Assembly (NCBI GenBank): GCA_044892525.1
Contig: CM097885.1
Coordinates: 20,214,001 to 20,278,000, forward strand
Reading direction: 5' to 3'
Source: Schmidtea polychroa
Lineage: Eukaryota
DNA: 64,000 nt
Part shown: positions 9,790-21,148 of the stretch, one piece after another
How the letters are laid out: every line of letters starts with the position of its first letter
Position numbering within the stretch: the first letter of the stretch is position 1
The notes under the pieces: model-generated
Told to the model about the DNA's origin: nothing
What the model saw: only the letters and a program-made list of their open reading frames with translations
Databases searched by the model: none
Made by a program: the position numbers and the translations under genes

Positions 9790-10511
9790 TGATCCAGCAT
9801 CATCAGTCCCTTGGCTGATAATCTCCTGGACACTACAGTCCGGTGGTTAGCCGCTGTACTCGGGTGCCTCATCACTCGCTAGGGAAAAATCATTATTCTC
9901 ATCTGATTTGAAGTCCAAAAACGGTTTCTTCAAATCCGCAGCTGCTCTCGGATTGAATTTTTTAACATTTAGCGCGCGTTTTTCAATTTTTATTTTATTT
10001 TTCTATTTTTATTCACCCTTTTTGTTAGTCCCCGTCTCCCAGACAAAAAAATATAATAATCGCGTTGGTTCGTTTCCCACAAGTGGTGATCAGTCACTGG
10101 ACAGAAACTCCCCAACATTTGCGATGGATCCTACTACATTCTCTCATCAGGGTGATCAGGATTTCCCCATCCGGGCAAGTGTCGTAAGGACGATTCACTT
10201 GTCATCCCCTCATTATCGTATCTCTTTATGCCAAAATAACAAACAGGAAGAAAAGAAAATTGGAAATAAAAATCGTACTGATCTTAGCGATCAGCTCATT
10301 CATACGACTATGATCAGTCCTGCATTCAACTTTGATTTTAGTTCTAATTGCTGTGTTGCTTGTCTATTTATTTAACGTATTTTGTGTCCTTTATATGTCT
10401 ATGTTCATCGTATGTTTTACACCTTTCGGTTGCTATAATGGATTTTTAATATAATTTACTAATTTTATCACTTCATATTCATTCACAAGAAATTTATTTG
10501 ACAACATCTCC

Positions 10512-10994
10512 TTATGGGAGGTATATTACAATTTTCTCTCTAACATTCGTATCGCATACGTTGCATCGTTTAATTTTCTCTGCGCAATTCTCGCAGTAGC
10601 ATAAATGACCACATGGAATCGTCATTACTCGTATTTCATTGGTTCTGCATATGAAGCATTTTCTAAAATCTTTAACTTGATGTTCGATTGCTTCTTTAAT
10701 TTCTTCCTCGATCGTTTCCATTTTTATCATTATCTCCTGCCATTTGATGTTAAATTTGGCATTGTCTAATCGTAAATTTTGAAGTTGATAAACTCTTTTA
10801 GTGGTCAATTCTGCATTAGGTGTCGCTATTTTCATCATTACGCATATTTCCTCAGCTTGCGGTCTTGGATTCAAGCTCATCTCATCTTGGATTTTTATCA
10901 ACTGGTCCGCTTTGCGATTTAGCCGTTGTAACGAATTGTGTGTTAAATCTACGAATTTTTCGAGTCTCTTTGTAATGTAGCCGGTTGATTCCAT
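10512..10994 (-). CDS. 160-aa coiled-coil plus IAP-type RING protein
   Basis: CFICRTNEIRVMTIPCGHLCYCENCAEKIKRCNVC...IYLP C-terminus; TTAATTAG directly before ATG; AATAAA at 10493-10498. Confidence 0.88.
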   Translation of the reverse strand: MESTGYITKRLEKFVDLTHNSLQRLNRKADQLIKIQDEMSLNPRPQAEEICVMMKIATPNAELTTKRVYQLQNLRLDNAKFNIKWQEIMIKMETIEEEIKEAIEHQVKDFRKCFICRTNEIRVMTIPCGHLCYCENCAEKIKRCNVCDTNVREKIVIYLP

Positions 10995-11370
10995 CTAATT
11001 AAGATTTATTAATTAAAGTTCTCTTTTTATTAATATTCCGCGTCATTTTTCCCCCTTTATCGTTTTTCCCCCTAATATCCAGAATACTTTATTTTATTAG
11101 TGCTTCGATAAACCTTTACATTCTACTTATTACCCTTAACAACCCCGTCTCCCTCTGTTTAATGCTCTATTCCGCGCACATTTCTTTCATGATCTTGTGA
11201 TTTTATTACAATCGTTTTAATTATATATAACTCATATCCCATTCCTTATCGCCATATTTTACACGTTTTCTGATTAAGTTTAATTTCATTGTTCATTTGT
11301 TCTATCTTTATTAGCGTGCTATCCCCCCTTTTCCCTATTTTTAAATTTTTATTATTTCCTTATATTTACA

Positions 11371-11508
11371 TTTTATTAATCGTTGCTATTTACAATTTTT
11401 TTATAATTTGTTTTCGTTTTAATTTTCATTTATCCTCAATTTTATTAATCGTTGCTATTTACAATTTTATTATAATTTGTTTTCGTTTTAATTTTCGTTT
11501 ATCCTCAT
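11371..11508. repeat. 69-bp tandem duplication
   Basis: TTTTATTAATCGTTGCTATTTACAATTTT... at 11371 and 11440. Confidence 0.8.
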
Positions 11509-11789
11509 TCATTCTATTACTAAGTTATTCGTACAGCATTCTCATACCCACTTTCAATACATTCATATGTCGTCATACTTTAAAACTTCCATCACTCATT
11601 TAGACATTCTACATACATTTTATCATATTCGCATATCCATATACTAAGTTTAAGCGCTTGGGAAAACAACCTGCTCGGTCTTGAATGCATATCACTTTAT
11701 ATCCGCTTTTACTCTCTCTATTATATCTATTCTCGGGTTCTTTCACCAATTAAATTTTCAATATCCCGGCTGAGCCCCCAAATTTGTAT

Positions 11790-12010
11790 GGTGGGTTACT
11801 GGTGGTTGAATGATTGAGTGCTGTTACCAGCGTAACCCAAAATACAACATTGTTTTTCCGCTTGGTACCCGTTGAGTGATCAACGTTGGTACTGTACCAA
11901 GGGTTGAGTACTCGCAAAAAGTGAGCGCATCAAAGCACTATAGTTGTCGAGTACTCCGTGGGTTCACGGACTACCGATAGAAGGTGTGTGTCCGATTTCT
12001 CAGGTCCCTT
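11790..12010. ncRNA. Conserved structured cis-element, copy 1
   Basis: Inverted homologue at 23398-23630 with compensatory changes in at least three stems. Confidence 0.6.
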
Positions 12011-12186
12011 TATCAAAATTGTTTTCCCAACCTTATGCACAAACTCTCATTTCCCAGGCAATCATAAACTGTACTAGTCCTTATTTTATCACTACAAAAC
12101 GTGCAGTATTTTAACAAGGAACATATTATTTGAAGACTACCACAATACATAAAAATACTACAAAACACCTAAAACCGAATATAAGT

Positions 12187-12699
12187 TCAAACAGGCTTAT
12201 TGGTAGGACTGGCCAATTCCGTCGCAGCTGCTAGTGACGAATTTGCTTGTCGCTCGTATTCGGCCAGTCTAGCTTTCTTCAATTTTTCCCGAATATTTCG
12301 GCCTAACCGCTTTCTTTTGGGTTTCTCTTTCGCGGCCGGGGGGTATATTGCTGCTAGTTCCACGGTCAACGGCCGGATTTGGCTTATGGCGGCTCCGTGA
12401 ACTACTTGTTCATTTCGCTCGGTTTCTAGCGCGCGGAGCTGGAGCTTCAGTGCCCGGATCTCCATCTGATCCTGCGCGGCTTGAGTCTGCAGTTGAAGGA
12501 CCTGCGCCACCTTCTTTTTCATATCCTCGGGACTAAACCAGGTGCTTTCTAGTTCCCGGCACCGTCCCTTGAGCTTGTCTACTCGTATGCGGAGCTCCTC
12601 GGACTGTTTTTGAGCTTCTGCCCTATCTCTTCGCAGATTTTCCAATAGTTTGAACACTAGATAAATTCAACGATTATATTCTTGCAGCGTACTATTCAT
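12187..12699 (-). CDS. Coiled-coil protein with basic NLS-like patch (KPKRKR); one in-frame TGA near the likely start
   Basis: The 156-aa track ORF starts at GTG. The same frame reads ATG(12699) NSTLQEYNR*IYLVFKLL..., so either a point nonsense change or a 36-nt GT..AG intron removes the stop. Confidence 0.65.
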
Positions 12700-12866
12700 T
12701 CAATTATAAAATAAAATCAATATTATAAATAGACATGGTTTCGGGTGTTAAGCACGCAATACACAAGATGATTTATTAAAAGGACTGAAATAATTATCAC
12801 TAAAATCAAAGTTTAATAAAGTCACAACTGGATGATAATTTGCAAAAACAAAATTTTGACGATGAG

Positions 12867-13232
12867 TCAGTTCAGTCGCTTGCGAGGCCTTCCCCTCTTC
12901 CGCGGGGTTGCCTCGGCCTCTTCTAGGTCCTCCACGGTTTTTCCCTCTTTTTCTGCTTGGATTTGCAGCTCGATCTTCTTGAGTCGCATCTGAGCTGCCT
13001 CTACCTCGATGGCCGCTCGGTCGCGGGCCTCTTGCAAAAAATCGTTTGTGGGCTCTGTTTTTACCCACGCCGGAGCGTCCGGCTCCGGCCCACTCCTGAT
13101 TACTGGGCCAAAGTTGTCGAGGTCCAAACCCCGATTCCAATCATGGATACGGTGCCATATGTACCGTGTACGGAGTCTGGTAAGCAGCTGTCGGTCGGCT
13201 TCTTCGTGGCTATCGCTGTCAGAGTAGGACAT
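12867..13232 (-). CDS. 121-aa protein with C-terminal AT-hook
   Basis: Ends TPRKRGRPRKRLN (RGRP core); has a VKTE SUMO-consensus site and a short coiled coil; TTTTGTAG 2 nt before ATG. Confidence 0.75.
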   Translation of the reverse strand: MSYSDSDSHEEADRQLLTRLRTRYIWHRIHDWNRGLDLDNFGPVIRSGPEPDAPAWVKTEPTNDFLQEARDRAAIEVEAAQMRLKKIELQIQAEKEGKTVEDLEEAEATPRKRGRPRKRLN

Positions 13233-13617
13233 TTCTACAAAATAATAATCAAGCCCCTCTATACTGATTGAGATACGACGTCAACCACAAGATTTTGTTG
13301 ACCCTTTTTCCCTTTAAAAAAAAAATATTTTATTTTAAGACTAACATCTATAAGCTTAGGAGTAGTGGAATAAGATTTCCTACTTTATCAAAACAAACAC
13401 AAAAAAAAAAAGAATTTCGTCAAAATTCGTTTGTTTAAATTAATCATTTCCATTCAAAATTTTGTTTACCACCGAGTGGTAATCTTAATTACTATTTATA
13501 AATTTTAATTTATATGTTAATAAAATGTGAATTTTTTTTTTAGATCGTCATTTTTAGGCCACTAAATTCGGGCACGCTGGGGCGACAGGTACTAGCAACG
13601 AACTAAGCTCTTCGTCT

Positions 13618-13628
13618 GCTTACCTTTC
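13618..13628 (-). promoter_or_regulatory. Candidate major splice donor GAAAG|GTAAGC
   Basis: Consensus 5' splice site in a GC-rich island (13555-13670) upstream of all minus-strand ORFs. Confidence 0.45.
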
Positions 13629-13747
13629 CTTCGGTTGTGCTCGTTATGAGTGGTTTGCTCTGCATACAAGTAATTTATTTAATTTGCTAATTTCTAAATT
13701 TCCAGGTGATCGATATCGGATTGGGATATCGATTTTTTGTAGTTAAC

Positions 13748-14100
13748 TGTAATAATACCAATAATAATAACAATGAAATAACGATACTAATAATAATAAT
13801 AATAATGATAATAATAATATTAATAATAGCAATGATAGTAATAATAATAAGAATAATAATAAATTTTAATAATGGTAATAATAATAATACTAATAATAAT
13901 AATAACAAGAATAATAATAAATTTTTATAATGGTACTGATAATGATGATAAATATAATAATGCTAATTATGATATTCATAATAATGATAACAATAATATA
14001 ATAATAATAAGAATAAGAATAATAATACTAATAGTAATGATAATGTTGATACTGCTAATAGTAATAACAAGGGAAATGATCAGGATTATGATAACTATAA
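13748..14100. repeat. Degenerate (AAT)n microsatellite
   Basis: Read directly. Confidence 0.9.
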
Positions 14101-14849
14101 TTTTACAATCCCATGTTTTAGAATTATAAATTTATGTTTTATAATTTATACTTTGATAATTTTCGATTTATAATTTAAAATTTTTCAATTTAGGGATTTA
14201 CAATCTTGTAATTTATAATTATAATTTCATATTTTGAAATTTATACATTCATATTTTATAAGTTATAATTGCTTAACTTATAATTTCTAAGTTTATAATC
14301 TGAAATTTATACTTTTGTAATTCGTATTTTCGTACTTTATAATTTGAAATTTTTAGTCGACGGAATATACTTCTTACAACTTCCTTTCTATGATCAACAT
14401 TGTTTTCCGCAGTACTTACAGATTTCCTGGTCCTATTTGTGGATTAAACTTCAGGGTTCTAGCGCGTCTATCGCCTATTACTATCTCTGATCAGACTTTC
14501 TCCATTAACACTTTACATTTTCAGGATCGACGTGATTTGTACCTAGCTATCGTAATTATTTATAACTTATAGTTTTATGGTTAACAACAAGAATATTACA
14601 ACTAAGAGCCTACACATTTACAAACCTTTTAAAGTGGGAACTAGATTTAAAATGTCTATCTTTACTCGGAATCAGCATATCTAGGCCAAGTTATACCTGT
14701 ACGTATGCCGAATATCTCTCTTATTTCTATTACTTTATCAAAGATCCTTACTACAAAATCTAGTTCGGCATATGTCTAAGCATAATTGAAATTACCATTA
14801 TGAATCAACTAGCTACATTAATGTGAGTGTAGAATTGTGTAATTTTAGG

Positions 14850-16074
14850 TACGAGCTCTACTCAAATTAGAACCTTAGTGTAGAGTTATTGTTCAGGATT
14901 TTAAGTGTTGAGTTTAATTGTATATTACGCAATGAGTCGGGAAGAATATTGCTTCCATGGCCCCACTGTGACCACGTCCACAAACCTTAGTGTTGTGTGC
15001 TAAGTCAACCATTTACGGCTGACCTTAAATAAATACGAAGAGTCAGGCGGAGGGTTTCCTCGACCTAACTCCATGGCAGGACCATGAAGTAGTTCGACCT
15101 CCGGCTGACCCGAACAAAAAGAAATCATATAATAAATATCACTATAATAATGATAATGCGTGTCTGCATGTCCTGTTAATAACGATTTTAATAAATTGGA
15201 TGCAGGACTGAACAACGACGCAGGAATACCAGTACGCCGTTGATCACTCATACATCGCAAAAAAAAAATTTAAGCAAAAATAAATTTAAAATACCATCTA
15301 TATAATTAAACAATTAATATACAAATAAAGATCAATGCTTACTATCGATTTTGGAAATTTCGTCACAAAAATTTGGCATAAAAGTGATTGATTGTGACTG
15401 AAACGTGTCAGTATATATACCTATTTAGTACACGTGTATGTATTGATGCATTAAAACAAACTCGAATTCTTTTTATTCCAGAATTTTCTATTTTACGATT
15501 TTGCTATTTTTAATGGCAATTTTTTGTGCCATAATTTTTGTTTTTATTTTTATATTTTTATTTTTTAATTATTTTTCATTAATTTTACGTCCATGATGGA
15601 TTTGGAACGGTTCCAGAACATTCTATTTTACTTTTAATTTAATTTTTATTTTAACTGATGTTTTTATGAATTCTTTTTGAGATTTTTTTATTTTTAATAC
15701 TAATTCATTTATTTTCCTTAACTTTTGTTGTTCTAGATGACTTTTGTGATGGTCATCGCCATTTTATAGAATGTTCTGGGTTTTTCTGGAATTTTTTACT
15801 ATTTTTATCGTCTTTTCAGTTATTCGAGTTTGCTTTTGGTAATTCTATGTTTGTTTGATTATTTTTGAGTTAGGTTTTTGCATCACTTCTTGCTTCTGTA
15901 TAATTTTATTTAATTTCTTTGTTTATGTTTTTGTTGCTTTCTCCTTTAGTTAATATTGTTTATTTGGTGTGTATTTTAATATTTAACTATACTTTTTGCT
16001 TTTTACATGTTGTGTACCTGCACGTTTCAGTCACAATTAGTAGTTTGGGTCTAGAAATCAGTTCTAGCCCAACA
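14850..16074 (-). repeat. Terminal repeat copy A (LTR end or long TIR)
   Basis: Outer ~750 bp closely matches 25080-26273; inner 14935-15120 closely matches the reverse complement of 19030-19215. Confidence 0.85.
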
Positions 16075-16374
16075 CTCTGGTGTTGGGCATATCTATAATG
16101 ATAAAAGAGACATTAAAACGACTCCTTGTTCCTCCAACTACGGGGTTACTCCAAAAGTTCTGAATACACCTTTACAATTTACGTTCTAGCATGATATACA
16201 TTTCATCCAACAGACAATAGTTTTTGCATGTAGGGTAGTTTTAAATTACGAACTAATTTCCATATTCGATTTTTATACCCCCTTTTACTAGATTTAGTCG
16301 GGTTTACCAAATTAAGTTAGGTTCGCATATTAAAAATCAGAGATGAATAATTCTAGGTTTTACTGAATCAATAG

Positions 16375-16622
16375 TCAAAATGGATAACTTACCTTTAATG
16401 AAATAAATTTACAATCACTCCTACTGAATTAATAATTAGTACAGCAAAAATGGGTAACTTACCTCTAATGAAATAGATTTAAAATCACTCTTACCGAATT
16501 AATAATTAATACAATAAAAATGGGTAACTTACCTTTAATGAAATAAATTTAAAATCACTCTTACTGAATTAATAATTAGTACAATAAAAATGGGTAACTT
16601 ACATTTTATAAATTAAATTTAA
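16375..16622. repeat. 70-bp tandem repeat, ~3.5 copies
   Basis: TGG(G/A)TAACTTAC at 16381, 16451, 16521 and 16591. Confidence 0.9.
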
Positions 16623-17683
16623 AATTATTCATATCAATGCCTGTTGTTTAAGTTAACCAAAAATTTGATTTGTTAGTTTAATACACAGATAGTGAATAGA
16701 AGAAAAAACTTGGTATCCATATGGTTAATGGAATTTAGGCTGCTCTGACCCACTATGGGAAGCGGATATTGCAAATTGTCTGAATTGCAAATTGTCAGCT
16801 CTTTGTGAATCCCTGACCATAGTGGTTTTAAGTGGCTCCCTCATCAGCTGGTACTCGACGGGTAAGTTAAATTTTCATTTTTTAGATTTGTCTAATTTCA
16901 GGAATGGGTCTCCAAGCCCTCGGTTTTTTACATGGTATTTCAGTCAGTTAACGTATTTGAGCTATTACCGCTTGGTGGTAATCCAAAATATGCCCATACT
17001 CTCAATTCGTGGGGCATTTCGTTGGAAATTTTGGAAATTTATGTTTGTTTCAGAATTTTTCTTGATCTGAGCCGTGGGAAGTTAAAGCAACAATTTGAAC
17101 TTGAGGGTTTCCGAGTAGCCCTCTCCCATTCATTCCTTGATATTACCGGTAAGACTCTTTTAGTGGCTAGAATGGTTTCTTAAGTAAATTTTATGATTTC
17201 GTTAAATACATTTTCGCTTTTGCTGAATTTCATTTAAGTAATTTTGTTTAACGTAAAGTAATAATTATCAAGCAATTTTGTTAGCTCTTCATGGGAACCT
17301 ACATAATTCGCGATCATAACTGTTATTATTCCTGACTTTTGATTCTACTGGGTAGGTATTCTAATTAAAACAGTCGCTCTCGGGAACAAGGTCCCTTGTC
17401 ATGCATGAGATCTACTTCTGGGATAACAGGGTTAAATCTGCCAGGGTGTCATGGGTTTCACACGAAGATTGGAGTTCTTACTATCTTGGTCGATGTTGAT
17501 TGGTTCGTTCATAAGAGTGTATGTGTCGCCCATTCGGTCAACTAGAAATGGTTCGATGAGGGTAACCCTTGGCTTGCAGGGTTGTTACTATTAATAGAAG
17601 CGGTATTATTGGTCAAACTTTACTATGAGGGAAAGAAAAATCGATAATGTCGGTTTTGAACTTTTCTATTAATAGTAACGTTT

Positions 17684-17769
17684 TAATAATAATAATAATA
17701 TTACTAATAATAATAATAATAGTAATCATAATAATAATAACAATAATAATAATTATAGCAATAGTAATG

Positions 17770-17833
<64 letters not shown>

Positions 17834-17863
17834 TAATAATGATTATTACAATCATAATAATAA
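17684..17863. repeat. (AAT)n microsatellite
   Basis: Read directly. Confidence 0.9.
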
Positions 17864-20184
17864 CAAGAGTCGGTTTCATTTGAGAAATTTGATTGTAAGA
17901 TTATAATTTTAATCAATCTCAGAACTTGGCTCTGTCTTCTTTTACAATTCATTCCTGCGTTAGCTTCCTTAAGTAAAATATTGTTGGGCTAGAACTGATT
18001 TCTGAACCCAAAGTTAGGAATGGGACGAAATGTGTCAGTACACAACACGTATACCCAGCATTAAGTTTACTTAAATAAAAATATATAAAACACCAAGTAA
18101 ACAATGATAATAGAGAGATAATATACCCAAAAATAAAACATCTGAATTAAAAATAAAATAAAATACTAGCAAGAAGTATTACACGAAAACTTACTCAAAT
18201 ATAACCGAAAGACATAAAACAACAAAAAACAAATTCGAATAAAGGCGATTAGTAAAAATTAAAAAAGAAAATTATAGAAAATCTTCATAAAATCTGACGT
18301 AAAGAAAATTATATCAATATTTTGAATAAAAATCCAGAACAATTCATAAAAATGGCGAAATCCATCATGACCGCCAAACGACCCAATAAAATTTATAAAA
18401 AATAAATATTTTAGTTTAAAAAATAAAATTTTTAGAAAAGAAATCATAAAAACAATTTAAAAATAAGAAATAGATTAAATTTAGCATGAAATGTTCTGGA
18501 AATGCTGAAATCCATCATGGAGGCAAATTTAATAAAAAATAATTCAAAAACAAAATTCCAAAAATAAAACAAAAATTCTTACTGAAAAATCGCCATCAAA
18601 ATCGATAAAAATTAAAAATCGTATGTTCGAGAATTAAAATAATCCGAATTTGTTTTACTGCATCAATGCACGCATGTATACTTACACGTCAAACAGAGGC
18701 TATATAAACTAACACATTTCGTCACTTTTTAAGGAAAAAAATGCAAATGAATATTTTTACTCTTATGCCAATTTTTTGGTTTTGATTTTTCTGAGATTGT
18801 AGGTAAGGACGATTTCATTGTGAATTATAAATTATTATTATTGAAACCTTGTTTTCATTATTTCTTTTTAACTATAGAAATGTAGGTTTGAGTGAGATCG
18901 TCGGTTATCATTGATTTTGAAGCGAGATCCCAGCCAACCCTGCACTTATGCACTTTATCATCGATGAGTAAACAGCCCACAATGATTGCAGGCCACTGCC
19001 TGGCACGCACTTCTCAATATTATTGGTTTTTTTTTGTTCGGTCATCGGAGGTCGGCCACTTCATGGTTCTGCCATGGAGTTGTGTCGATAAAACCCCTCC
19101 GCTATGGCTCCATATAATTATTTATCGGTCGACAGCGATGTTTCGACTCGACACTACAGTAGGGCTTGTCGTAGCGGTCACAGTGGGGCCGTGTAAGCAA
19201 GCATTCTTCCCGACTATGAATGCATTACACAATTAAAATCACCATTAAAAATTCGGCACACTAAGTCACACTAGAAGTATAATCGAGTAGATCTCAGACC
19301 TAAATTAAACACAACAATCGCAATTTGAGTAATGTAGTCAGTTAAAAACAACTTTACTTATACGCTTGTCGAATGTCACTTGTAGATAAATTTTTAGTAA
19401 CAGCATAATGATCTTCTCGTAACTAATCGTAATAATATCATAAAGAAGTTCGACATGCGGAATAAGCCTAATTAATTATAAAATCCTCAATAACCGTCAT
19501 ATAGCTTTACCTCGTGGTTAAAATATAGATCGCTAAAGCCCAAGTCAATCTTGAAATGTAAAGTCTGGGTGTAGAAAAATTAACCCCTCATATTATCAAT
19601 CATCAAATGTTCTTAATTTGGCATTAAAAATCGTTCCATCAACTGTAAACCGTTATCAATAAATTATTATCGGCTACAAAATGAAAGATAGCATTGAAAA
19701 ATGAGTCAAACCTAATTCTATATTATGTATAAATACCTAACATCGCCAATCATGAAAGGAATTTATTTAGAAATTTCTTCTACAGCCAGAAACCTAAGCT
19801 ATATAAATCATTAAGGATAAATTTATATTACGACCAAGAACCGGAACCGTATATCCTCCTTCTGCTTAAATTATAATGTATCAAATTGCCAATTATAACT
19901 TCGGAATTAATAGTACTACGTATGACCCAATTTGTCCCTCAAATGTGGATTAGGAACGCGAGTATTTATGAAAATTTACAATGATCTTATAAATGATAAA
20001 TCGTAACTTTAATCTATATATCGAGTATAAATTAAAAGCCTTCTTCAAGTATAAATTGTGCAGTATAAATTACCTACATTGTAAATTATAACTTAAATCG
20101 TCAATGATTGCTTGAGCATATTAGATTATATCGCATTTATATAGGGTTGAATTGTAGTTCCTTTGAAAGCATAATTTCTTAATT

Positions 20185-21050
20185 TTATGACCCCCTTTTA
20201 ATTCATATAACCATCGACCACCAATTAATACAATAATCCGGACTATTTAACATATATCCTTAATCTAGGTTACCTTCAAAATTATAGTTGAAAAATTTGT
20301 CATCAAAGACCCCCAATAAACCATATCGTCATCATCTACCACCTAAATATGCTAAATTGGCTTATCAGAATATATATTTAACTTATTTTATATTTAAAAA
20401 TGTAAATTGTAAATTTTCATGAATGACCCCCCTCAACTTCATATAGTCATTAACCACTACCTAAATATATTAAATTGGCTTATCCGAATATATATTTAAC
20501 TTATTTTATATTTAAAAATGTAAATTGTAAATTTTCATGAATGACCCCCCTCAACTTCATATAGTCATTAACCACTACCTAAATATATTAAATTGGCTTA
20601 TCAGAATATATATTCAACTTATTTTATATTTAAAAATGTAAATTGTAAAATTTTATGAATGACCCCCCCCCCTCAACTTCATATAGTCATTAACCACTAC
20701 CTAAATATAATAAATCAGCTTATCATAATATATATTTAACTTATATTATAGTTAAAAATGTAAATGGTAAATTTTTATAAATGACCCCCCCCTCAGATCA
20801 TATAGTCATTAATGACAGCCAAAAAGTGCTAATTTAACTTGTTTTCGGATGTAATCAACTTATATAACCTTTAAAGATACAACTTGTAATTTTTATTTAA
20901 TCGACCCCTCAAATCAGGTAGTCATTAACTAGTACGTAGGGATACTGAATTGTATCATAGTCATAGACAGTTAAATTATATTTCATTTAAAATTATAAAT
21001 TCATAAATTTTCGTAAATGACCCCTTCCCCCATATGTGGTAATCTTATAC
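20185..21050. repeat. ~118-bp tandem repeat, four close and about four degenerate copies
   Basis: ATGACCCCCC..CATATAGTCATTAA at 20423, 20541, 20659 and 20781; inverted degenerate relatives near 23790-23980. Confidence 0.85.
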
Positions 21051-21065
21051 AAATATAAATTTATA

Positions 21066-21088
21066 TTTATTATTATTATCGTTATTAA

Positions 21089-21148
<60 letters not shown>

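Larger units (their letters stand above)
1..16074 (-). mobile_element. Giant Ty3/Gypsy-related (Burro-like) element, running off the left edge of the window; no pol seen in window
   Basis: Minus strand begins TGTTGGGCTAGAACTGATTTCTAGACCC at 16074, a terminus repeated at 17982 (+) and 26273 (-). Carries a gag-containing polyprotein and six or more co-oriented intronless ORFs. Inner LTR boundary and PBS not found. Confidence 0.75.

Noticed and set aside
10066..10090. GGTTCGTTTCCCAC tRNA T-arm-like string
   Set aside because: No cloverleaf or CCA-adjacent PBS geometry.
13572..13587. GCACGCTGGGGCGACA resembling the tRNA-Lys 3' end (possible PBS)
   Set aside because: Needs two mismatches and an indel, lacks an intact TGG, and no LTR-end dinucleotide is adjacent.
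16700..17612. GC-richer stretch that looks like decayed coding sequence
   Set aside because: No long ORF in any frame and no recognisable motif.
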